From Vulcanimicrobiaceae bacterium (lineage in GTDB: Bacteria > Methylomirabilota > Methylomirabilia > Methylomirabilales > 2-02-FULL-66-22), in NCBI GenBank assembly GCA_035505475.1, contig DATJQT010000175.1, positions 1 through 53,333 of the forward strand: a stretch of DNA of 53,333 bases. Reading direction: 5' to 3'. A program made the translations under genes and the position numbers. Each line of letters opens with the position of its first letter. Positions within the stretch are counted from its first letter, which is position 1. The notes under the pieces are model-generated. The model made no database searches and had not been told where the DNA came from. It worked only from the letters and a program-made list of their open reading frames with translations. This document shows, piece after piece, positions 28,083 through 35,894 of this stretch.

Positions 28083-28098
28083 TGGCCCATCGCTTGCT
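28083..28098 (+). promoter_or_regulatory. Sigma-54 type promoter
   Basis: TGGCCC-ATCGC-TTGCT. Exact spacing with one mismatch in the -24 box. It is 111 nt downstream of the start of motif A. Confidence 0.5.
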
Positions 28099-28201
28099 CA
28101 GATGTTCAGCGAGGGCCGGTGATAGGGCCGACAGCAAGCGCGTGGAACAAATCCAGGACTGCTCGGGTGGTCCAGGATCCAGTATATAGAGGGAGGTTGC
28201 G

Positions 28202-28381
28202 ATGCAGAGCCCGTGCTCATTCTATGCTCACGTGCATAACGGAGAGACTTGGGAGCAGATCGCTGAAGCCGTCACGGTCTGCCGGGACCAGCAGAGGGCC
28301 GAAGTACTGGACATCTTCCCAGACGAGCTCTGGACGGCCAGGCGGATAAGCTCGGCCGAACCCATGCCGACGCAAGCGTAA
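28202..28381 (+). CDS. 59-aa hypothetical protein
   Basis: MQSPCSFYAHVHNGETWEQIAEAVTVCRDQQRAEVLDIFPDELWTARRISSAEPMPTQA. It is one codon below the ORF-track cutoff. RBS AGAGGGAGG lies 6 nt upstream. It is bracketed by a sigma-54 promoter and a GC hairpin with a T-run. Confidence 0.45.
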   Translation: MQSPCSFYAHVHNGETWEQIAEAVTVCRDQQRAEVLDIFPDELWTARRISSAEPMPTQA

Positions 28382-28503
28382 TGTCTTAGTCAGAAGTTAA
28401 TTGACGGAACGCCCATAGCGACTTTGACAGTCGCCATTTGCCGACTCTTGCCTGGCCGCCCCACTACTCGCCATCCTTCCCTCCCCGCGAGCTTCCTCCC
28501 CAA

Positions 28504-28541
28504 GCGCCCCGACACAGTTCGGGGCGCCCCGCCTCCGTTTT
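28504..28541 (+). terminator. Intrinsic-terminator-like hairpin
   Basis: GCGCCCCG-acacagtt-CGGGGCGC (8-bp GC stem), followed by CCCGCCTCCGTTTT. Confidence 0.5.
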
Positions 28542-28583
28542 AGCTTCCGCTGCTATCGGTCGGGCGATCCGCTTCGATGGCTT

Positions 28584-28615
28584 TTCCAATATTTCGTGGC
28601 GCTCACAATATGTTG
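28584..28615 (+). promoter_or_regulatory. Enhancer-like bipartite motif, copy B
   Basis: TTCCAATATTTCGTG-GCGCTCA-CAATATGTTG. Confidence 0.65.
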
Positions 28616-28716
28616 CGCGGCCAGGACTGTTTGCCCGACAGATTTGCGAGGTGCGGCCTGACGTAAGTCCCCGGCCAGCCGGCACTTCAGATATTTCGGC
28701 ACGGGAAACACTCTCC

Positions 28717-28732
28717 TGGCACTTCGGTTGCT
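28717..28732 (+). promoter_or_regulatory. Sigma-54 promoter (consensus)
   Basis: TGGCAC-TTCGG-TTGCT, a perfect match to TGGCAC-N5-TTGCW. It is 134 nt downstream of the start of motif B and about 130 nt upstream of ATG 28862. Confidence 0.75.
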
Positions 28733-28861
28733 GATCCAAGGGCACGTAGACGGCAGGCTTCATAGACTGAGAGTCGTGAGCGAGTGCCGCATTCGCAACG
28801 GGTGCCAGGACGCATGGTGCGTCTTGGGACCACTCAATCAACCGCATAGGAGGAAGATCCA

Positions 28862-29299
28862 ATGCAGCGGAAAATGATGTGGGGAGTCTTGATCGCAGTT
28901 CTGGTGGGCGTCAGCATGGTGCCATTCACCCAAGCCGCCAGCCCTGACGCAACCCTCAAGCTGTCCGAGGGATCGGTGGCGGCGGGCGTCGGGTACAGTT
29001 GGGGGAGCGGGACCCTGACCTTCCGCGGCCAGAACTATGCGTTCAAGGTGGACGGAATCTCGGTAGGCACCGTGGGGATCAATCGCGCCGATGCGACCGG
29101 GAGTGTTTACAATCTGAAAAGCCTGGAAGATTTCAATGGGACCTACACCGCGGTGGGCGTCGGGGCCACCGTAGCCGGTGGCGGGCTCGCCGTCACGATG
29201 CGGAACCAGAAGGGCGTCGAGCTCAATCTTGTGGGGATGACCCAGGGACTGGATTTCAAATTCTCCGTGGACGGGGTGAAGTTCACCTTGAATATGTAA
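28862..29299 (+). CDS. Secreted Gly-rich beta-type protein, 145 aa, family not recognised
   Basis: Signal peptide MQRKMMWGVLIAVLVGVSMVPFTQA|AS. Strong RBS AGGAGG. The mature part looks like two related Gly-rich units (VGYSWGSGTLTF.. / VGATVAGGGLAVTM..). Confidence 0.75.
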   Translation: MQRKMMWGVLIAVLVGVSMVPFTQAASPDATLKLSEGSVAAGVGYSWGSGTLTFRGQNYAFKVDGISVGTVGINRADATGSVYNLKSLEDFNGTYTAVGVGATVAGGGLAVTMRNQKGVELNLVGMTQGLDFKFSVDGVKFTLNM

Positions 29300-29312
29300 C
29301 ATGATGGAAATT

Positions 29313-29337
29313 GGGCGGGGCGATTGTCGCCCCGCCC
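29313..29337 (+). terminator. GC-rich hairpin after the secreted-protein gene
   Basis: GGGCGGGGC-gattgtc-GCCCCGCCC (9-bp perfect stem), 14 nt after the stop. No U-tract. Confidence 0.45.
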
Positions 29338-29537
29338 GCCCCCTCGCCGCCTCGAACGTGTCCCCCTGTTATCTCACAATCCTAATCGCCGACTCGACCG
29401 GTTCGGCCAGAAGGCATCTTCGGCCGGAGGCCGTTCTTCTCTGGTCTGGGCAAGGCGCGGGGCCGAGGCGGCGCCAGGCGTGCAAGTCGATTCCAAGCTG
29501 GTGTTCTCCACGGACAAGGTTACGCCATCCGCCCCGC

Positions 29538-29569
29538 TTCCAACATTTCGTGACGCTCGCAACATGTTG
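29538..29569 (+). promoter_or_regulatory. Enhancer-like bipartite motif, copy C
   Basis: TTCCAACATTTCGTG-ACGCTCG-CAACATGTTG. Confidence 0.65.
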
Positions 29570-29666
29570 TGGGCCTCTGGTGGACGCCCACCGCGCCGCA
29601 CCAAAGGCCCTTCGGTAACGTCCCTGCCGGCTACCTTTTCCGGACCGACACACGAAGCCCCCTCCC

Positions 29667-29682
29667 TGGCACTCCTGTTGCT
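29667..29682 (+). promoter_or_regulatory. Sigma-54 promoter (consensus)
   Basis: TGGCAC-TCCTG-TTGCT, 130 nt downstream of the start of motif C. Confidence 0.75.
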
Positions 29683-29742
29683 GTCCTCAGTAGTAGTCGA
29701 GGTAAGCGTTCGGCAGGGACATTGCCGTGGGAGGATCAGGTC

Positions 29743-29883
29743 GTGCGTACGATTGTCCAGCATCACTTCAATAGCCTACACGTCATGGCGCGGCTCACCC
29801 GGTTGGGCGTTTCTCGCCCTCGCGCCCGTGCCTGGGCCCGCAAGTGGGAATCGCTGGTGCACCCGTGGCTGTACGGCCAATAG
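29743..29883 (+). CDS. 46-aa basic leader protein, hypothetical
   Basis: GTG start 7 nt after GGGAGGA. (V/M)RTIVQHHFNSLHVMARLTRLGVSRPRARAWARKWESLVHPWLYGQ. It is the first ORF after sigma-54 promoter C. Confidence 0.4.
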   Translation: MRTIVQHHFNSLHVMARLTRLGVSRPRARAWARKWESLVHPWLYGQ

Positions 29884-29931
29884 ACGCGGGCGTCCATCGT
29901 GCTGCGCAGTGGAGTGGAAGGAAGTCCACGC

Positions 29932-30666
29932 ATGCCGACCAATGCAACCACCCAAGGGATACTCACCGCCTCTGCCGCACTTGGAGGCCAGGGCATCGCG
30001 CTCGAGGCCAAACATCTCTCACGGGCGATCGCGGGCAAGGTGCTGGTTGACGACATCAGCGTCCAGGTGCAGCCAGGCGAGATTCTGGCGGTGGTCGGGC
30101 CAAGCGGGGCGGGCAAATCCTCCTTCCTTCGATTGCTCAATCGGCTGGATGAGCCAACCGGCGGGACCGTGTTCTTCCAGGGCCAGGACTATCGGACGAT
30201 CGCGCCGCAAACCCTGCGGCGTCGCGTCGGCATGGTCATGCAGATGGCCTCCCTCTTCCCGGGGACAGTGGCGGACAACATTGCCTTTGGCCCTCGCCAG
30301 AACCAAAAGACCATCGCTCCCGAACAGATCCTGGCCCTGTTGGGCCGCGTGGGGCTGCCCGGATACAAGGACCGGGATGTCAGCCACCTCTCGGGAGGTG
30401 AAGCACAACGCGTCTCGCTGGCCCGCACGCTGGCGAACGACCCTGTGGTGCTCCTCTTGGATGAGCCCACGTCGGCCCTCGATGACGCGTCGGAACGGGG
30501 CATCGAAGGGCTGCTGCTGAGCATCATCCGAGAGCGGCAGATGACCTGTGTGATGATCACCCACGACATGCCGCAGGCCACGCGCATCGCCCACCGCACC
30601 ATGATCATCGAAGCCGGCAAGATGGTGGCGATTGGCCTAACCGAGGAGGTGCTCCGTGCTGGCTGA
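29932..30666 (+). CDS. ABC transporter ATP-binding protein, FetA/YbbL-like
   Basis: Walker A GPSGAGKSS, signature LSGGEAQRVSLAR, Walker B LLLDEPTSALD. Paired with a UPF0014 permease. The start could also be GTG 29899. Confidence 0.8.
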   Translation: MPTNATTQGILTASAALGGQGIALEAKHLSRAIAGKVLVDDISVQVQPGEILAVVGPSGAGKSSFLRLLNRLDEPTGGTVFFQGQDYRTIAPQTLRRRVGMVMQMASLFPGTVADNIAFGPRQNQKTIAPEQILALLGRVGLPGYKDRDVSHLSGGEAQRVSLARTLANDPVVLLLDEPTSALDDASERGIEGLLLSIIRERQMTCVMITHDMPQATRIAHRTMIIEAGKMVAIGLTEEVLRAG

Positions 30667-31498
30667 GGTGATGCACAGCCTGAGTCGTGATGTCCTCGAG
30701 GGATTCGCCCAGGCAGGAGTCGCCATCGGGCTGTGCCTCGTCGTGGCGCTGCTGTGCCGCCGATTCGCCGTCCACGTCGAGCGGGAGACGGTGGTTTCGC
30801 TCGCGCGGGGCCTCGCGCAGATGACCCTGGTGGGGTTGATCCTCGCCCTGCTCCTCCAGCGCCATCTCCTCGTGGGCGGGTTCATCCTGCTCGCCATGAC
30901 GGGGGCCGCAGCCCTGACGGCCGCACGCCGGGCCCAGGGAATACCGGACGCGCTGCGGCTCTCGTTCTATTCGATTGCGGCCGGCTCGGGCATCGTGGTC
31001 GCGGGGATGCTCACGACCGGCACGCTCGCTGCGAACGTCGCCACCCTGGTGCCGGTGGGCAGCATGATCGTCGCCAACACTATGAATGCGTGCGCCCAGG
31101 CCCTCGAGCGGTTCCGGGCCGAGGTCACCGCGCACGTGGGCCAGGTCGAGGCGGGCCTGGCGCTCGGGGCCGACCCTGCCGTGGCCGTGGCGCCCTGCAT
31201 GGAGCGCGCGGTCTACGCCAGCCTCCTCCCCCGCCTGGACATGCTGAAATCGTTAGGCTTGGTCTGGATCCCGGGGGTCATGGCGGGCATGGTGGTGTCC
31301 GGGGCCAGCCCCCTCTATGCCGGGATCTACCAGTTTGTCATTGTCGCCATGATTCTGGCCGCGTCTGGCATCACCGGCCTAGTGGCCACGCTGCTCATTC
31401 GGGCGCGCGTCTTCTCGCCAGCCGCGCAGCTCCTGCTCCGCCCGTCGGAGCCGCGCCCCGTGGTAGCGGGCTACGCAGGTCCTGGGAAGGAGGCATGA
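30656..31498 (+). CDS. ABC permease of the UPF0014 / FetB (YbbM) family
   Basis: VPVGSMIVANTMNA, EAGLALGADP and SLGLVWIPGVMAGMVVSGASPLYAGIYQFVIVAM parallel conserved blocks of E. coli FetB. It overlaps the ATPase gene by 11 nt. Confidence 0.65.
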   Translation: MLAEVMHSLSRDVLEGFAQAGVAIGLCLVVALLCRRFAVHVERETVVSLARGLAQMTLVGLILALLLQRHLLVGGFILLAMTGAAALTAARRAQGIPDALRLSFYSIAAGSGIVVAGMLTTGTLAANVATLVPVGSMIVANTMNACAQALERFRAEVTAHVGQVEAGLALGADPAVAVAPCMERAVYASLLPRLDMLKSLGLVWIPGVMAGMVVSGASPLYAGIYQFVIVAMILAASGITGLVATLLIRARVFSPAAQLLLRPSEPRPVVAGYAGPGKEA

Positions 31499-32757
31499 TG
31501 AAGATCCGGCCCTTCTCTCAGTATCCCCGATACCCCATAGCACTTGCCACCGCGGTCCTGATTGTAGGCATGGCGGTCGCCGGCTGCTCGGTCCCCTCTT
31601 CGGGCCAGCCCCAGGCCACGACGGCCAAGCAGGCGAACAGCATCCCCGTCACTGCGGCCACAGTGGAGAGCCGCGCCGTGCCCGTCCAGGTGAACGCCAT
31701 CGGCAATGTGCAGGCCTCTTCCAGGGTGACGATCAAGACCCGGGTAGACGGCCCGCTGACGCAGATCGCGTTTCGCGAGGGGCAGGAAGTCAAGTCGGGG
31801 GATCCGCTCTTTGTCATCGACCCCTGCCCGTTCCAGATAGCCCAGGAGCAGGCACAGGCAAAACTCGGCGAGGCCCAAGCGATGGTCCGGCGGGCCCAGG
31901 CCAACCTGGCCCGCGACCAGGCCCAGCTGAAGTACGCGCAGATTGAGGAGAGGCGTTACGACGATCTGGTCCGGAACGGAGACATCTCCCAGCAGCAATA
32001 TGACCTGAAGAAAACCGCTGCCGATGCCGCGCAGGCCACCGTCGCGGCGGACGGGGAGACCATCGCGAACGCCATGGCCGCCGTGCAGGCGGCTCAGGAG
32101 GCCGTGGAGGCTGCCCGGCTCCAGCTCAGCTATACCACAATCCATTCCCCCATCGCCGGGCAGACCGGCCCACTTCTCGTGCACCTGGGGGCCATCGTCA
32201 AGAACAACGCGACATCTCTGGTGGTCATCAACCAGATCCACCCCACGTATGTCGCGTTCGCCGTTCCCGAGCAGCATCTTCCCGAGATCAAGCAGTTCAC
32301 GGCCCAGCATCCGCTCAAGGTCGAAGTGTTCGTCCCCAACACCAGTACCCCATTGGCGCAGGGGACACTGACATTCATCGACAACACGGTGGACCAGGCC
32401 ACGGGAACGATCCAGTTGAAGGCCACCTTCTCGAATCCCCAGAACACCCTGTGGCCGGGACAGTTCGTGAATGTGGTCCTCACGCTGAGGACCGTGCCGA
32501 ATGCCACAGTCGTGCCGGGCCAGTCCGTTCAGACGGGCCAGCAGGGCCAGTTCGTGTACGTGATCCGGCCCGATCAGACGGTGGAGTCGCGCCCCGTGGC
32601 GGTGTCCCGGACGGCTGAGCCCCTGAGCATCATCGCCAAAGGCCTCTCGCCGGGCGAGCAGGTGGTGACCGACGGTCAGGTGCAGTTGCATCCCGGCGCT
32701 CGGGTCTCCATCCAGCCCACCGCGTCGGTGGCGGCTGCGGGAGGGTCCGGGTCATGA
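31495..32757 (+). CDS. RND efflux periplasmic adaptor (MFP) lipoprotein
   Basis: Lipobox VAGC. RVDGPLTQIAFREGQEVKSGDPLFVIDP, coiled-coil segment, and YTTIHSPIAGQTG. ATG 31495 overlaps the fetB-like stop (ATGA). The track ORF start at 30733 is spurious. Confidence 0.88.
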   Translation: MMKIRPFSQYPRYPIALATAVLIVGMAVAGCSVPSSGQPQATTAKQANSIPVTAATVESRAVPVQVNAIGNVQASSRVTIKTRVDGPLTQIAFREGQEVKSGDPLFVIDPCPFQIAQEQAQAKLGEAQAMVRRAQANLARDQAQLKYAQIEERRYDDLVRNGDISQQQYDLKKTAADAAQATVAADGETIANAMAAVQAAQEAVEAARLQLSYTTIHSPIAGQTGPLLVHLGAIVKNNATSLVVINQIHPTYVAFAVPEQHLPEIKQFTAQHPLKVEVFVPNTSTPLAQGTLTFIDNTVDQATGTIQLKATFSNPQNTLWPGQFVNVVLTLRTVPNATVVPGQSVQTGQQGQFVYVIRPDQTVESRPVAVSRTAEPLSIIAKGLSPGEQVVTDGQVQLHPGARVSIQPTASVAAAGGSGS

Positions 32758-35700
32758 ACATGCCTGAGATGTTCATCCGCCGGCCCGTCATGACGAGCCT
32801 CGTCATGCTGGGCATCCTGCTCTTCGGTATCATGGGTTACCGTCTCCTGCCCCTGAGCGACCTCCCCACCGTGGACTTCCCAACGATCCAGGTTTCGGCC
32901 TCGCTCCCCGGGGCCAGCTCCGAGACGATGGCCTCGTCCGTGGCGACTCCCCTGGAGAAGCAGTTCTCCACCATCGCGGGCATCGACAATATGACCTCGA
33001 CCAGCGCGCTCGGGGCGACCCAGATCACCATCCAGTTTGCCTTGAGTCGTGACATCAATACGGCAGCGCAAGATGTTCAGGCGGCCATCAGCGCCGCCCA
33101 GCGGCAGCTCCCTCTGGGCATGCCCAGCCCGCCCACCTATAGCAAGGTGAACCCGGCGGACGCCCCGGTCCTGTACCTGTCCCTCAGCTCCAACATGCTG
33201 CCGCTCTCCACGGTGGACAACTATGCGGAGACCACCATGGCCCAGCGCCTCTCCATGGTGAGCGGCGTCTCGCAGGTCATGGTCTTCGGAGCCCAGCAAT
33301 ACGCCGTCCGTGTCCAGCTCGACCCCTCGGCCCTCGCGTCGCGCGGGATCGGCATCGATGACGTGCAGACCGCCATCGCCAAGGCCAACGTGAACCGGCC
33401 CACGGGGACGCTGCAGGGCCGCCATCAGACTTTCACCATCCAGGCCACGGGGCAGCTCACGGACGCCGCGGCCTACCGGCCGGTCATCGTGGCGTACCGG
33501 AACGGCTCCCCCGTGCGCCTTACGCAGCTGGGGCGGGTCATCGACAGCGTCCAGAACGACCTGACGGCCGCCTGGCAGGACGACACGCGCGCGATCGTGC
33601 TGGCCATCCAGCGGCAGCCCGGCAGCAACACGGTCCAGGTCGTGGACGCGGTCCGCCAGCTCCTCCCCACCTTTCGCTCCCAGATCCCAGGCGGCGTCGC
33701 CATGAACGTCCTCTACGATCGGTCCGTGTCCATCCGCGCCTCCGTGAGCGACGTGAAGTTTACCCTGCTGCTCACCATCGGCCTGGTGATCCTGGTGATC
33801 TTCCTCTTCCTCAGGAATGTCCCGGCCACCCTGATCCCCAGCCTGGCCCTCCCCATGTCCATCGTGGGAACCTTCGCGGTCATGTACGTACTGGGCTTCA
33901 CTCTGGACAACCTGTCGCTCATGGCCCTCACCCTTTCCGTCGGCTTCGTGGTGGACGATGCCGTGGTCACGCTGGAGAACATCGTCCGGCACATCGAGCG
34001 CGGGGAAGGCGTGTTGGAGGCGGCGCTTCAAGGCTCTCGCGAGATCGGCTTCACCATCCTGTCCATGACGCTGTCGCTGGCGGCGGTCTTCATCCCCCTG
34101 CTCTTCATGGGGGGCATCGTCGGCCGCCTCTTCCACGAGTTCGCCGTCACTGTCACATCCGCCATCCTGGTCTCGGGCTTCGTCTCGCTGACACTCACCC
34201 CCATGCTCTGCTCCCGGTTCTTGCGCCCGCTCAGCGGGAGGCGGCATGGCCGGCTCTACAACTGGACCGAGCAGGGCTTCGACGTCATGCTCGCGGTCTA
34301 TCGGCGCACGCTGGAAGGGGTCCTGGGACACCGCCGAGTGATCCTGGTCATCTTCCTGCTCTCGCTCGCGGGCACCGGCTACCTCTTCATGGTGGTGCCG
34401 AAGGGATTTCTTTCCAGCGAGGACACGGGCCAGATCATCGGCTTCACCCAGGCGGCGCAGGACATCTCGTTCGAGGCCATGGTGCGTCATCAGCAGCAGG
34501 CGGCCGCCATCGTCCGCCAGGATCCGAACGTGAGGACGTTCATGTCCAGCGTGGGCGGCACCGGGGCCAACTCGACCGGCAACACCGGCCGGCTGAACAT
34601 CTACTTGAAACCCTTGAAGCAGCGGACGCTGTCGGCGGACCAGGTTATCCAGGAGCTGCGGCCCAAGTTTGCCAAGCTGGTCGGCCTGCAGGTGTTCCTG
34701 CAGAACCCCCCAACCATCCCCATCGGCGGGAACCTCACCAAGGCCCTGTACCAGTACACCTTGACGGGGCCGGACACCAAGGCCCTGTACCAGGCCGCGC
34801 TGCAGATGGAGGCCAAGATGCGGGCGCTGCCGGGCTTGCAGAGCGTGAACTCCGATATGCAGATCAGCAGCCCACAGGCCACGGTCCAGATCGACCGGGA
34901 CAAGGCCTCGGCGCTCGGCGTGACGGCCGACCAGGTCGAGAGCGCCTTGTACGACGCCTACGGCAGTCGGCAGGTGTCCACCATCTACACCCCGAGCAAC
35001 GAGTACTGGGTGATTATGGAGCTGTTGCCCCAGTACCAGCAGGACCCTGCGGCCCTGTCCATGCTTTACATCCGTGCCGCCACGGGGCAGCTCGTGCCCT
35101 TGAACGCCGTGGCGCGGATCACGCGCGGCGTGGGGCCCCTCACGGTGAACCACCTGGGACAGCTCCCGGCGGTAACCATCTCTTTCGACCTGAGCCCCGG
35201 GACCTCACTCGGCGCGGCGGTGGCCGCGATCCAGCAGGCCGCTCAGGGGACCCTGCCCGCTGCAATCTCGGGGAGCTTCCAGGGAAGCGCGCAGGCCTTC
35301 CAGGCATCCCTGCAGGGGCTCGGCCTCCTCCTCGTGTTGGCCATCCTGGTCATTTACATCGTGCTGGGGATCCTGTACGAGAGTTTCATCCATCCGCTGA
35401 CCATCCTCTCGGGCCTCCCCACGGCAGGCTTCGGGGCGCTCTTGACCCTGCTCCTCTTCCGGACGGATCTCAACATCTACGCCTTCGTGGGCATCATCAT
35501 GCTGGTGGAGATCGTGAAGAAGAACGCCATCATGATGATCGACTTCGCCGTGGCGGAACAACGCAAGGGCTTGCCGGCGGCCGACGCCATATTTCAGGGG
35601 TGTCTCCTTCGCTTCCGCCCCATCATGATGACCACCATGGCCGCCCTGATGGGCACGCTCCCCATCGCGCTGGCCACCGGGCAGGGTGCCGAATCCCGAG

Positions 35701-35862
35701 CTGAGTCTCGCCGTGGTCGGCGGCCTGCTGGTCTCTCAGCTCCTGACCCTCTACCTCACGCCCGTGATCTACCTCTTCATGGAAGAAGCGCGCGGCTGGC
35801 TGACGCGGTACCGGAGATCCGCCAGGATCGTGTCGACGGAGGAGCGCAGGCAGGCCGCATGA
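32754..35862 (+). CDS. RND (HAE1, AcrB/MdtB-like) inner-membrane efflux pump with an apparent +1 frameshift near 35695-35700
   Basis: MPEMFIRRPVMTSLVMLGILLFG... is RND-like throughout. After ...ATGQGAES the track frame becomes non-homologous. The +1 frame from 35698 reads ELSLAVVGGLLVSQLLTLYLTPVIYLFMEEARGW...* (stop 35860-35862), the canonical TM12. Confidence 0.85.
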
Positions 35863-35894
35863 GGTACTGCTCCCCGACGCAATGTATTCCGTGC

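Noticed and set aside
27661-28137. 158-aa minus-strand ORF, and 63-aa plus-strand ORF 27931..28122.
   Set aside because: They overlap motif copy A and two promoter-like elements. Composition is implausible, and there is no RBS and no recognisable domain. The region is better explained as regulatory DNA.
32676-35153. 825-aa minus-strand ORF. Similar long ORFs occur at 36213..38039 (+), 49935..51815 (+), 20565..21950 (+), 8842..9921 (+), 6497..7693 (+) and 15173..16390 (+).
   Set aside because: All are antisense to genes with clear homology (RND pump, FUSC, poxB, hypE, glgP, pgm, hybB). Their translations are Arg/Gly/Pro/His/Asp-rich low-complexity strings, typical of shadow ORFs in high-GC DNA.
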